From: Methanocellales archaeon
GTDB taxonomy: Archaea > Halobacteriota > JAWCLZ01
DNA length: 56,212 nucleotides
Assembly (NCBI GenBank): GCA_038850285.1
Contig: JAWCMA010000003.1
Coordinates: 1 to 56,212, forward strand
Reading direction: 5' to 3'
Each line of letters starts with the position of its first letter. The first letter of the stretch is position 1. The notes beneath the pieces are model-generated. The model had not been told where the DNA came from. It saw only the letters and a program-made list of their open reading frames with translations, and did not search any database. Shown in pieces: positions 8,454 through 17,969 of this stretch. The position numbers were made by a program, and so were the translations under genes.

Positions 8454-10770
8454 AGTTCAATCTAAGCCAGATCTAAATGTCCTTCAGCAGGGAGAGACGC
8501 AGGAAAGGCACAAGCAAACAACTTTAACCGGTGAAGTTGCTCCAGAGATGCCAGAGGTCATGACGAGCGACGGGCACTTGGTACCGTGGGATCGAAATGA
8601 GATCATAGATCAGCTAATAACTGAAACCAAGATTGCCTCTAAATTTCATGGAAAAGATCCTTGCGATCGCGCCACAGCTATTGAGATAGCCAAAGAAGCT
8701 GAAAAGCTAATTAGAAATATGAATCTCGATGTTGTGGCTGCCCCACTTGTGAGAGAAGTTGTCAATACAATTCTACTTAAAAGGGGATATTTTGAATGGA
8801 GAAATGTATCTACTAGAGTTGGCATGCCACTTTATGATGCTCACCAAATCGACACAGGCTTTGGCTTCGAGGCAAAGGAAAATTCTAATTTAATTGAAAA
8901 TGCTGAAACAGCACATAAGAAAAAAGCTGATAAGCTATCCAAGGAACAGGCACTGCTGCAATTGCCTCCTGAACTCGCGAAGCTTCATATATCTGGAGAT
9001 CTCCATATCCACGACCTAGAATATTTCACCACTCGCCCCTTCTGCCAAGACCACGATTTAAGAGTTTTCCTCTACTGCGGCTTGGTACCTGATGGCGTGG
9101 GTAACAAAACCAGTGTTGCTGGTCCAGCTAAGCATCCAGCTGTAGCTGTGCTTCACGCGGCGAAGATCTTGGGATCAAGTCAGACAAATTTCTCAGGGGG
9201 TCAGGGATTCTATAACTTCATTACCTTCCTAGCCCCTTACTTCGAAGGCTTGCCCTATAAAGAGATCAAGCAGCTTGCTCAAATGTTCATCTATGAAATA
9301 GGGGAAATGATGGTTGCGAGAGGCAGTCAAGTGGTTTTCTCCTCTGTTCAACTTAGCCCGGGTGTGCCAAGGATCTGGAGGGATAAACCAGTTGTAGCAA
9401 GAGGCAAGATATATGATGGTAAAATGGCGCCCCTCTGCGTTTACGGGGAGTTTGAAAAAGAGAACCGCCTTTTCTTCAAGGCCTTTATGGAGGTAATGCT
9501 TGAAGGTGACTACTGGGGCAAGCCCTTTAACTTCCCCAAGCCAGAGATCTCCATAGAGCCAGATTTTTTGGTTGAAAAAGAAAAGGATGAATACTATGGA
9601 ACTGAAGTACCTACCTATGAAGAGCTCTATAACCTAGCTTTTGAATTAGCAGCCAAATTTGGCACCCCCTACTTTGACAATCAAGTGCCAGAATATCGAG
9701 GCGCTGGAAAGGGGATTTCTTGCTATCAATGCTGCGCCTATAACTTCTCTTCCTCATTCCAAGAAGATAAAGAATTCGAAGACAAACTTTACTTCCGCAA
9801 TGGAAAGCACTTCTCAATGGGAAGCTGGCAAGTGATCTCGCTTAACCTTCCGAGAGCAGCATATAAAGCAGAGAAAGAAGATAAAGCCTTAATTCGCGAG
9901 CTGAAAAAACTTATGGATAGCGCTGTGGAGATTTTCAAAATCAAGCACATCTGGATGAAGGAGCTCATTGAGAAACACCGCATGCCATTCGCGCAGCAGC
10001 AAATGATAGATTCAAATACAGGTGCCAAGCTGCCTCCGCTGGTGGATTTCAATGGCTTAGTGTGGACAATTGGCGTAGTGGGACTAAATGACATGGTGCA
10101 CTACCACCTAGGCAAGGAGCTGCATGAATCGAAAGAAGCGCTTAAACTTGGAATCTGGGTTATGACCGAGCTTGAACTCTATGCGAAAGAGCTGAGCAAG
10201 AAGCACGGTATGAAAATAGCCCTTGCTCGAACACCCGCTGAATCAACTGCACAGCGATTTGCAGTTAGCGATCTCTTGAGCGATGAATTCAAAGAGAAAG
10301 CAAGGCATATTGTAAAGGGCAATATAGCGAAGGCTGAGGAGATTTATCGACGTGAGAGAACAAGGGATCTGCCTGTGTATTACACCAATGGCACTCACGC
10401 CTCGCCCTCGGCTGATATATCGCTCATAGATCGAATTAAAATTGAGCATATTTTCTTCCCCATCGTTGACGGAGGAAATATTTTCCATATATGGCTGGGG
10501 GAGAGCGCTCCAGATCCAGTTGGACTTCGAGGTCTTGCTTGGAAAATTATAAAAAATACTCAAATTGGCTATTTTGCATTCACTAAAGATTATACTATTT
10601 GCCTCGAAGATCATCACGTTGAGCCCGGATTGCAGGACAGCTGCAAGCGCTGTGGCTCAATGCACGTGGATCACTACAGCCGAATAACTGGCTATTACAA
10701 TGCAGTGAGCGGCTGGAATGCTGGCAAGAGACAGGAGTTAATGGATAGAAAAAGGTATACCATCGCTTAA
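8437..10770 (+). CDS. nrdD: anaerobic ribonucleoside-triphosphate reductase (class III)
   Basis: 777 aa. C-terminal CKRCG zinc site followed by the glycyl-radical motif SRITGYY. The N-terminal segment is ATP-cone-like. Confidence 0.95.
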   Translation: MESTIRVQSKPDLNVLQQGETQERHKQTTLTGEVAPEMPEVMTSDGHLVPWDRNEIIDQLITETKIASKFHGKDPCDRATAIEIAKEAEKLIRNMNLDVVAAPLVREVVNTILLKRGYFEWRNVSTRVGMPLYDAHQIDTGFGFEAKENSNLIENAETAHKKKADKLSKEQALLQLPPELAKLHISGDLHIHDLEYFTTRPFCQDHDLRVFLYCGLVPDGVGNKTSVAGPAKHPAVAVLHAAKILGSSQTNFSGGQGFYNFITFLAPYFEGLPYKEIKQLAQMFIYEIGEMMVARGSQVVFSSVQLSPGVPRIWRDKPVVARGKIYDGKMAPLCVYGEFEKENRLFFKAFMEVMLEGDYWGKPFNFPKPEISIEPDFLVEKEKDEYYGTEVPTYEELYNLAFELAAKFGTPYFDNQVPEYRGAGKGISCYQCCAYNFSSSFQEDKEFEDKLYFRNGKHFSMGSWQVISLNLPRAAYKAEKEDKALIRELKKLMDSAVEIFKIKHIWMKELIEKHRMPFAQQQMIDSNTGAKLPPLVDFNGLVWTIGVVGLNDMVHYHLGKELHESKEALKLGIWVMTELELYAKELSKKHGMKIALARTPAESTAQRFAVSDLLSDEFKEKARHIVKGNIAKAEEIYRRERTRDLPVYYTNGTHASPSADISLIDRIKIEHIFFPIVDGGNIFHIWLGESAPDPVGLRGLAWKIIKNTQIGYFAFTKDYTICLEDHHVEPGLQDSCKRCGSMHVDHYSRITGYYNAVSGWNAGKRQELMDRKRYTIA

Positions 10771-10816
10771 AAATTATCTAATCCATCCCCTTTCTTTTTT
10801 TAAATCTCCCACTAGA

Positions 10817-11269
10817 TTAAAAAGCTAAAAAAAGCACGCCTGCGAACATCAGCACGAGTACGAGGAGTACTAGGATTATTGCAAGTGCAATTGCCAAGGA
10901 AGCATGCCTTACATCTGAGCCAAATATAATAGGAATCGGACCTATCATTACCACGCCCCCGCCCTTAATTTCTGTCCTTCGCTCCGGCTCAGCGATTTGC
11001 TCTAGTTCGATTCTCATTTGCATTTCCCTTTCGCGTATTCCACGTTGGAACCAGAAGAGAAAGAAGAAGTAAACTATGATGAGCAGGAGGCCGATTATCA
11101 TTGCTATCACTGTGAACTCCGCGGTTGATCCAAATGCAATTGGAATGGGGCCGATCATTATCAATCCACCGAAGTTTGCAGCGCTGGATAGAGCTAAAGC
11201 TAGAAATAGGATGAAAATTGCCATTACGGCAAAGATGAATATAATTGGTATGAGGGAAGCACGGTTCAT
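10817..11269 (-). CDS. small integral membrane protein with internal duplication (DUF131/TIGR00304-like)
   Basis: Two copies of GG(L/V)(I/V)MIGPIPI(A/I)FGS, each followed by a TM segment. Confidence 0.7.
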   Translation of the reverse strand: MNRASLIPIIFIFAVMAIFILFLALALSSAANFGGLIMIGPIPIAFGSTAEFTVIAMIIGLLLIIVYFFFLFWFQRGIREREMQMRIELEQIAEPERRTEIKGGGVVMIGPIPIIFGSDVRHASLAIALAIILVLLVLVLMFAGVLFLAF

Positions 11270-11313
11270 CTTTTAATTTATATTTAGTTAAGGGTATTTT
11301 AATAATTCGCAGC

Positions 11314-11985
11314 TTAAACTATTGTTTCAAGGAATTTTTCAAATCCAGCTTCATAAACTGCATTTCCAACTATTATGGTATCCGCGTATTTCTTCATCTC
11401 AAGAGCTTTCTCTTTAGAAGTTATTCCACCGCCGTAGAATAAAGCGGCTTTTTTCAAGCTCTGCTTTGCTGCTTTCACAATCTCCACATCGCCATAGGTA
11501 CCGCTGTATTCTATATATACTATTGGAAATTTGAAGTAGTTCTCCGCAATCCTAGCATAGGCTGCAACTTCTTCTCTATTTAGATCTGTTTTCGATTTAG
11601 TTAGAATTGCAACTGCTGAGTTAGGATTGAGCACTATATATGCCTCTGGCACGATTTTATCCCAGTTTACCATGTAATGCTGCACCCACTCTCGATGCTT
11701 GCCCACCAACCAAGTTATATCTTGAGTATTTATAACACTGGGCACGAAGACTGCATCGATATCTTCATAGCAAACGGCTTCAGGCTTCGATGGCTCAAGT
11801 ATTTTTGGAATTTTAAGTGGCTTGAGCATGCTTATTAAGCGCTTCACTTTAGCAGGGGTTATTTTTTGGGTGCCGCCAATCATTATTGCATCTGTACCGC
11901 TGGTGGCGATTCTATCTATATCACGCTGAGAGATCTTGCGATCTGGATCTAGCTTGGTAATGTGGCGCCATTTTCTGAAATTCAT
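11314..11985 (-). CDS. geranylgeranylglyceryl phosphate synthase (PcrB family)
   Basis: N-terminal WRHITKLDPD motif, IMIGGT, and a C-terminal GGGI...IVGN phosphate-binding region. Confidence 0.88.
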   Translation of the reverse strand: MNFRKWRHITKLDPDRKISQRDIDRIATSGTDAIMIGGTQKITPAKVKRLISMLKPLKIPKILEPSKPEAVCYEDIDAVFVPSVINTQDITWLVGKHREWVQHYMVNWDKIVPEAYIVLNPNSAVAILTKSKTDLNREEVAAYARIAENYFKFPIVYIEYSGTYGDVEIVKAAKQSLKKAALFYGGGITSKEKALEMKKYADTIIVGNAVYEAGFEKFLETIV

Positions 11986-12953
11986 ATGCCCTCTCCAATT
12001 AGATCTATCTCCATACCTAAATTCATCTGCTTTGCAGCGCTATAAATGGCTCTCGCGGTAACTGCATCTTGAATTGCGAGTCCGGTTGAGTCAAAAACCG
12101 TTATCTCTTTACCAGTGCGGCCTTTCTTAAGTCCTGCGACGATCTCGCCTAGGGAAGCATAGATGTCCCGGCGAGTGAAGATTTTTTTACTAGCAGGCAC
12201 ATTGATTTCCCCGCTGTGCCATGCTTGGTCGTAGTCATCGACCACAACTTTAGCGTCGAGTAAAATCCTAGGATCAAGTTCTTCTTTGCCAGGTGCATCG
12301 GCGCCTATTGCATTTATATGCGTGCCCTTTCTTACCCAAGCGCGCTTCACAATTGGAGATCTAGCGGGTGTTGTAGTCGAGACTATATCGCAGCTAACTG
12401 CATTTTTGAGAGAAGTCTTAAGGATGTTGAAATCTTTATTTCTCTCTGCAAATTCATCCATGGCTTTGCTTGAGATATCATATATTTTAACCTCCTCTAA
12501 TTGAAAGAGCTTGTTGATTGCAAGTAATTGAGTGTGAGCTTGAACTCCGCAGCCAACTAAGCCAAGGGTTTTTGATTCCCCTCTAGCGAGGTATTTTGAG
12601 GCAACTGCTGCTCCAGCGCCGGTTCGATAGCTAGTTATTATGGTGCCATCCATTATCGCTAGGGGGAAGCCAGTGGTTGGATCGCTGTAGATATACACTG
12701 CCATAACTGTAGGGAGATTCTTCTCTCGATTATTCAAATGGACATTTACCCATTTTACTCCCGCTGCATCTTTGACATAACTTGGCATAGCTCTGAAATC
12801 TCCAGCGTACTGCGGCAAATTGATGTAAACTTTTGATGGCATAATCGTTTTACCCAAGCCATGTTCTCTAAAGCATTCTTCAACCCCTTCGATAACCTGA
12901 TCCATTTTTATTACTTTTTTCACGTCTTGAGAAGTTAAAATGAGTGTCTTCAT
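11982..12953 (-). CDS. ornithine cyclodeaminase/mu-crystallin family dehydrogenase (archaeal alanine dehydrogenase-like)
   Basis: Rossmann motif LGLVGCGVQA and family-typical SYRTGAA. I start the gene at the ATG at 12953 (MKTLILTSQD...). The track's longer N-terminus would overlap the upstream gene. Confidence 0.85.
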   Translation of the reverse strand: MKTLILTSQDVKKVIKMDQVIEGVEECFREHGLGKTIMPSKVYINLPQYAGDFRAMPSYVKDAAGVKWVNVHLNNREKNLPTVMAVYIYSDPTTGFPLAIMDGTIITSYRTGAGAAVASKYLARGESKTLGLVGCGVQAHTQLLAINKLFQLEEVKIYDISSKAMDEFAERNKDFNILKTSLKNAVSCDIVSTTTPARSPIVKRAWVRKGTHINAIGADAPGKEELDPRILLDAKVVVDDYDQAWHSGEINVPASKKIFTRRDIYASLGEIVAGLKKGRTGKEITVFDSTGLAIQDAVTARAIYSAAKQMNLGMEIDLIGEGI

Positions 12954-13020
12954 ATTCTCACTTGAAGAAAAAAAATGCGCTATAGAATAATAGACTTTTC
13001 CAGTGCTGGAATGGAAATAA

Positions 13021-13296
13021 TTACTTCTTGGCCTTTTTAATTTTTTTCTCCACACTATCCAAAAATTTGCCTGTTGATTCCCAGCACTTCTTGATTTCTT
13101 CTAATGTAAAGCCCTCTCCCTTGCGAGCATAAACAGGTATATCTTTATCGGCACTCTCAATGAATCCAATCCATAAGTCCTTACCCGGCTCCCCGCAGTC
13201 TGAGAGGCGCTCAAATCGCATATTTCCAACTCTATATACCTCGAATTTGCCCTTCTTCAACTCTATGCTCTTTACCGGTATATCGCCGGATTTCAT
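13021..13296 (-). CDS. hypothetical protein (91 aa)
   Basis: Protein-like ORF with a K-rich tail at the head of the OCD-GGGPS gene string. Family not recognised. Confidence 0.45.
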   Translation of the reverse strand: MKSGDIPVKSIELKKGKFEVYRVGNMRFERLSDCGEPGKDLWIGFIESADKDIPVYARKGEGFTLEEIKKCWESTGKFLDSVEKKIKKAKK

Positions 13297-13414
13297 TCAA
13301 TATTCACCATTATATTTTAATTTTTGCAACTATTTAAATCAATTGATATATAGATATAGCTGTCGATTAAAGCGTCAAACTTGTTTTTTTGATAAAGCAC
13401 TTGCAAAAATTGCA

Positions 13415-14251
13415 TCATACTAGAATTTCGCCGCGATAAACAGTTTCACACGCTCCTTCGAGATATGTATTTCCATCTTTTAATAAAATTCTGAGAAAAC
13501 CGCCCTTTGTATATACATCAACTTGATTTCCAATTAAGCCAAGTTTGTTGGCCACAGCTGCACTAGCAGCTGCACCTGTTCCACAGCTAAGTGTTTCCCC
13601 TTCAACTCCGCGCTCATAAGTTCTAATCCTCAAGCCTGTTCTCTCGAGCTTGACAAAATTGACATTCACTCCCTTTGGGAAGATCTTGGAGTATCTAATC
13701 TTGGGAGCAATTGCAGTAATAGGAAGCTCGAGATCTGCAACGAAGATCACCGCGTGCGGCACACCTGTATTCACCGCTGATACTTCGAATCCCTCTATTT
13801 CTCTCTTTAGAAATTCGCCCTCTCCCACAGCTGGAATGGATTTGCATTCGAATTTAGGCCTGCCTATGTTTACCTTTACCATAATTCTTCCAAGTTCTCT
13901 TCGAGTTTCAACTGCAATCACACCCGCTAGGGTTTCAACTGTGCAGCTGCCGAGTTTTACATAGCCTGCGTCAATTGCATATTTAACCAAGCAGCGCACG
14001 CCATTGCCGCACATCTCTGCTTCAGATTCATCCTGTTGAAAGAGACGCATTTTTAAATCAGCTATGTTGGAGCTACCTAGAAATAAAACGCCATCTCCAC
14101 CTATTCCAAATCTCCGATCGCAATATTTCGCTGCAAACTTAGCTTTCTCTTTCTCAGGAACCACAATTCCTTTGAATTCATCGATTAAAATGAAGTCATT
14201 GCCATTGCCATGGAGCTTGTAGAACTCCCTTCGCTTCATAATGCTTATCAA
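13415..14251 (-). CDS. dapF: diaminopimelate epimerase
   Basis: HGNGNDF N-terminus and both catalytic Cys motifs (CGNGVRC and SCGTGA). Confidence 0.93.
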   Translation of the reverse strand: MISIMKRREFYKLHGNGNDFILIDEFKGIVVPEKEKAKFAAKYCDRRFGIGGDGVLFLGSSNIADLKMRLFQQDESEAEMCGNGVRCLVKYAIDAGYVKLGSCTVETLAGVIAVETRRELGRIMVKVNIGRPKFECKSIPAVGEGEFLKREIEGFEVSAVNTGVPHAVIFVADLELPITAIAPKIRYSKIFPKGVNVNFVKLERTGLRIRTYERGVEGETLSCGTGAAASAAVANKLGLIGNQVDVYTKGGFLRILLKDGNTYLEGACETVYRGEILV

Positions 14252-14505
14252 TTAATTTAGTTTAAAATAAGGATTTTGTAATTTAAATGGTACTGTTCTT
14301 TGCATTATCTCCTTGCAATGTATGTAATTTTTTCCCGCTAGCTAAGATCTTCGAGTGCAATAAAAATGGAGGCATAGAGCTAGTTGAACACATACCCAAA
14401 GCATTTCTTAGGAAATAGCTGTCAAAATATTTAATATCTATATTTCAATAAAATTTTCCCAAAAATTACCAAAAAATTTATAAATATTTGCTTAAATAAA
14501 AAATA

Positions 14506-14706
14506 TTGATTATGTCTTTCTTCTATTCACCTAAGATGGACTGTCGATATGCTTATCAATGCATCAAGCACGATCCAGCGAAATGCGTAGAGAGCCATAG
14601 AGGCGCTAAGGATAGACCTCCTTGTTTTCAGCCCAAAACTAAAATAATGGACTTCGGGGACTTCAAAACCTATCTGCCGAGCAAAAGAATAATTGAAGAT
14701 AAATGA
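14506..14706 (+). CDS. hypothetical small Cys-containing protein
   Basis: 66-aa ORF only. It ends 1 nt from the 3' end of the convergent tRNA. No family recognised. Confidence 0.25.
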   Translation: MIMSFFYSPKMDCRYAYQCIKHDPAKCVESHRGAKDRPPCFQPKTKIMDFGDFKTYLPSKRIIEDK

Positions 14707-14707
14707 G

Positions 14708-14803
14708 CGCCGCCGACAGGACTCGAACCTGTGACATGCTGGTTTCTGCGATTGAGATTTGAGAATTAACAGCCAGCCACTCTACCATCTGAGTTACGGC
14801 GGC
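14708..14803 (-). tRNA. tRNA-Asn(GUU) with a 23-nt intron at 37/38
   Basis: Hand-folded: acceptor GCCGCCG/CGGCGGC, D arm ACTC-AGATGGTA-GAGT, anticodon stem GCTGG/CCAGC with loop CU-GUU-A[intron]A, T arm ACAGG-TTCGAGT-CCTGT, discriminator G. CCA is not encoded. Confidence 0.9.
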
Positions 14804-14856
14804 ACTAATATTAAAATTTAAAATAGCAGCTTGGACTTAAATCTTTTGTTCATTCT

Positions 14857-15153
14857 TCATTCTTTTAGCTTCATTGCTTTGATTTCCTCTATTTCTTTTT
14901 CAATCGCCTCAATTTTTTTATGGAAATCATTAATGAACTGCTTTGCCCTTCTAGTGGTTACTGCACCATGCTGAGAGGGCTTGATCAAGCCTTTGTGCTC
15001 CAAAACGCGCAGAGAATATCGCACCTTATGCTTCGGCAGCCCAGTTTCATCAGCTAGCTTTAAAATTCCAATTGGCTCTTCCTTGAGCACTAGTCTTAGC
15101 ACTTCTAAGTGGCGCTTCAACATCTTCAATTCATTCTCCACCTTGCTAAACAT
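14857..15153 (-). CDS. winged-helix DNA-binding protein (small transcriptional regulator)
   Basis: LEVLRLVLKEEPIGILKLADETGLPKHKVRYSLRVLEHKGLI is a typical wHTH segment. The gene is divergent from aroA. Confidence 0.7.
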   Translation of the reverse strand: MFSKVENELKMLKRHLEVLRLVLKEEPIGILKLADETGLPKHKVRYSLRVLEHKGLIKPSQHGAVTTRRAKQFINDFHKKIEAIEKEIEEIKAMKLKE

Positions 15154-15159
15154 AATTAT

Positions 15160-15190
15160 ACCATGCTATTACCATGCTATAGCATAGCAT
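15160..15190. promoter_or_regulatory. direct repeat plus 12-bp palindrome in the regulator/aroA divergent intergenic region
   Basis: ACCATGCTAT occurs at 15160-15169 and 15171-15180. The perfect palindrome ATGCTATAGCAT is at 15174-15185. Confidence 0.45.
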
Positions 15191-15222
15191 ACATTTATAC
15201 TCTCCTGCGCTATAATTTTTTT

Positions 15223-16503
15223 ATGCAAATGAAAGTCAAGATATTTCCCTCAATTGTTAAAGGCAGCGTTATTGCTCCTCCTTCAAAGAGCTATACCCAT
15301 AGGGCAATTGTTATGGGCAGCCTTGCAGAGAACTGCACCATTAAATTTCCATTGATCTCAGCGGATACAAAAGCAACTATCAATGCTTGTAGAGCAATTG
15401 GAGCGAGCATTGAGGAGGGAAAAAACAAGCTTGAGATAAAAGGCATTCAAGGCAAACCTGAAACGCCGGAGAATGTAATTGATGCGATGAATTCAGGCAC
15501 AACTCTTAGGATAATGGCAGCAGTTTGCAGTCTAGCTAAAGGTGCAAGTGTTCTAACCGGAGATGATTCACTTAGAAAAAGGCCGAATATACCTCTACTT
15601 GCTGCCCTTGAAGACTTAGGTGCAGTTGCTTTTTCCACAAAGGGCGATGGCACTGCGCCTCTAGTTATTAAAGGGAGATTAAAAGGAGGTAGCACTGCCA
15701 TCGATGGATCCATTAGCTCTCAATTTATAACAGCTCTATTAATCGCCTGTCCCCTTGCTGAGAAGCAAACAGAGATAAAGATCAAGGGAAGACTTACCTC
15801 CAAGCCCTATATTGAAATTACCCTTGAATTGCTTGAGAAAGCTAGCATAAGTATTCAAACCGACTTCACTAAATTTAAAATCCCCCCTAACCAAAGTTAC
15901 AAAGTTAAAAGCTATCTCATCCCAGGTGATTTCTCCTCCGCAAGCTATATGCTTGCAGCCGGCGCAGTTACTAACTCTCGCGTGGAAGTTAAAAATCTAT
16001 ACCCCAGCAAGCAAGGGGATGTTAAAATTCTGGAGATCTTAAAGCAAATGGGCAGCAATATACACTGGGATAAAAAGGCTGGTATAGCAAGAGTGGATGG
16101 CGCAGATAAAATGGGAGTGGAAATAGATGCAAATCAATTCCCGGATCTTGTTCCTACACTTGCAGCTATAGCAGCTTGCGCTAAAGGCACGACCGTGATT
16201 TATAATGTGGAGCACGCGCGATATAAAGAAACAGATCGCCTGCATACAATTGCAAGTGAGCTGAAGAAAATGGGTGGAAAAATTGAGGAGCGAAGGGATG
16301 GATTAATTGTAAAAACCTCAAAACTTAAGGGAACAGAGGTCACGGGGTATGGCGATCATAGAATTGTCATGGCACTTGCAATTGCAGCTCTAGCTGCAGA
16401 AGGTCCAACAACTATCGATACCGCAGAATGCATAGATGTATCCTATCCAAGTTTTTTTGAGGATTTGAAAAAACTAGGTGCAAAAGTGGAATACTTGGAG
16501 TAA
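15223..16503 (+). CDS. aroA: 3-phosphoshikimate 1-carboxyvinyltransferase (EPSP synthase)
   Basis: [22 protein letters not shown] and other family-typical motifs. I start the gene at ATG 15223 or 15229. The track's start at 15109 overlaps the divergent regulator and promoter. Confidence 0.93.
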   Translation: MQMKVKIFPSIVKGSVIAPPSKSYTHRAIVMGSLAENCTIKFPLISADTKATINACRAIGASIEEGKNKLEIKGIQGKPETPENVIDAMNSGTTLRIMAAVCSLAKGASVLTGDDSLRKRPNIPLLAALEDLGAVAFSTKGDGTAPLVIKGRLKGGSTAIDGSISSQFITALLIACPLAEKQTEIKIKGRLTSKPYIEITLELLEKASISIQTDFTKFKIPPNQSYKVKSYLIPGDFSSASYMLAAGAVTNSRVEVKNLYPSKQGDVKILEILKQMGSNIHWDKKAGIARVDGADKMGVEIDANQFPDLVPTLAAIAACAKGTTVIYNVEHARYKETDRLHTIASELKKMGGKIEERRDGLIVKTSKLKGTEVTGYGDHRIVMALAIAALAAEGPTTIDTAECIDVSYPSFFEDLKKLGAKVEYLE

Positions 16504-16507
16504 GACC

Positions 16508-17602
16508 ATGAGTGGCAATACCTTTGGAAAAATTTTTAAAGTCACAACTTGGGGTGAGAGCCACGGCAGAGCTGTGGGAGCAGTTATAGATGGATGCCCA
16601 GCTGGTCTAGAGCTGAGCAGGGATGATATTGAAAAAGAACTCCGCCGGAGGCGCCCTGGGCAGAGTAAAATTACTACTCAGCGTAGAGAGCTGGATGAAG
16701 TAGAAATCCTCTCAGGAGTTTTCTTGGGTAAAACAACTGGCACGCCAATTTCAATGTTGATCTGGAATAGAGATGTGGACTCAAGACCATATGAATTGAT
16801 CAAAGACACTCCACGTCCGGGACACGGGGATTTAACATATGAATTGAAATATGGATTTCGGGACTATAGAGGAGGGGGTAGAGCCGCTGCTAGGGAGACT
16901 GTTGGTAGAGTTGCCGCAGGTGCAATTGCCAAGAAATTGCTATCGCTGAAAAAAATAGAAATCCTAGGCCACGTTGTGGCAATTGGCGATATTAAAGCTG
17001 GCAAGCTAACGATTGAGCAAATTAGGGAAAATGCGGAGAGAAATGAAGTTAGATGCGCGGATCCAGCGGTTGCAAATGTTATGATTCAGCGCATCGTGGA
17101 AATAGCAGCAACTGGAGATAGCATTGGGGGAATAGCTGAAATCATTGCCACTGGAGTTCCCCCTGGAATTGGCGAGCCTGTGTTTGATAAACTTGAGGCT
17201 GACCTTGCTAAAGCACTTATGAGCATTGGAGCCGTACGCGGTTTTGAAATTGGAGCTGGCTTTAAATGCGCTGAGATGAAGGGCAGCGAGATGAACGATC
17301 CAATTGTAATTAAAGAGGGAAAAATTGCCTTCGCATCTAATAATGCAGGTGGAGTTCTAGGTGGAATAAGCACAGGGGAGGCAATTATTTGCAGAATAGC
17401 TGTAAAACCCACGCCCTCCATAGCAAAAGAGCAGAGCACTATAAATATCAAAACACTGGAGGAAACGAAAATTAAAGTTCTAGGCAGACACGATCCCTGC
17501 ATTCTCCCGAGAATAGTCCCGGTTGCAGAGGCAATGGTAGCTATTGTACTCGCTGATCACGCGCTTAGAAGCGGCGTAATACCAAGCTGTAGAATTATAT
17601 AA
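16508..17602 (+). CDS. aroC: chorismate synthase
   Basis: [21 protein letters not shown]-terminus, GRSSARET-like [11 protein letters not shown], and RHDPC near the C-terminus. ATG at 16508 is 5 nt after the aroA stop. Confidence 0.95.
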   Translation: MSGNTFGKIFKVTTWGESHGRAVGAVIDGCPAGLELSRDDIEKELRRRRPGQSKITTQRRELDEVEILSGVFLGKTTGTPISMLIWNRDVDSRPYELIKDTPRPGHGDLTYELKYGFRDYRGGGRAAARETVGRVAAGAIAKKLLSLKKIEILGHVVAIGDIKAGKLTIEQIRENAERNEVRCADPAVANVMIQRIVEIAATGDSIGGIAEIIATGVPPGIGEPVFDKLEADLAKALMSIGAVRGFEIGAGFKCAEMKGSEMNDPIVIKEGKIAFASNNAGGVLGGISTGEAIICRIAVKPTPSIAKEQSTINIKTLEETKIKVLGRHDPCILPRIVPVAEAMVAIVLADHALRSGVIPSCRII

Positions 17603-17738
17603 TATAAATTAAATATAATTATTAAATAAATAAATTTTCTCAATTTCTTGACTTACGAATGGGAGAATAGAGACTAAAAAGTATTTATATAATAACTAAA
17701 TATTTAAATTGGGGATTGGATTGGTACGAATTGTAGAT

Positions 17739-17924
17739 ATGCGTGCTATAACAAATGTTGAAAGCAAAGTATGCGAACACTGCCAAGCGGTTTTAAGTCC
17801 AATGCAGCAAGGTTATGTGCTCGATATCGAGGGCAAAGAGCACGTATTCTGCGGAAAGAGATGTGCTGAGCACTTTCTGCATCCTAGAGCTAAAAAGTCA
17901 GAGAGCAAGTTAATTATCGTCTAA
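17739..17924 (+). CDS. small TRASH-type (C-x2-C-x22-C-x3-C) metal-binding protein
   Basis: The Cys spacing in CEHC...(22 aa)...CGKRC matches the TRASH/YHS-type pattern. Confidence 0.5.
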   Translation: MRAITNVESKVCEHCQAVLSPMQQGYVLDIEGKEHVFCGKRCAEHFLHPRAKKSESKLIIV

Positions 17925-17926
17925 TA

Positions 17927-17944
17927 GGAGAACCTAGGTTCTCC
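17927..17944. terminator. perfect 18-nt palindrome between convergent genes
   Basis: GGAGAACCTAGGTTCTCC lies 3 nt after the + gene stop and 26 nt from the - gene stop. Confidence 0.4.
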
Positions 17945-17969
17945 TCTTGACGCCCTCTTAACACTCTCC

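Noticed and set aside
12954-13055. N-terminal extension of the OCD-family gene in the ORF track
   Set aside because: It would overlap the upstream 91-aa gene. The family-typical N-terminus begins at MKTLILTSQD (ATG 12953).
14708-14803. tRNA genes (also 48840-48914 and 50398-50487) as integration sites of mobile elements
   Set aside because: No integrase, transposase, direct repeat of the tRNA 3' end or phage-like genes flank any of the three tRNAs.
15109-15222. N-terminal extension of aroA
   Set aside because: It overlaps the divergent regulator and the promoter region. The conserved EPSP synthase N-terminus begins at MKVKIFPS.
17086-17502. 138-aa minus-strand ORF
   Set aside because: It is antisense to chorismate synthase.
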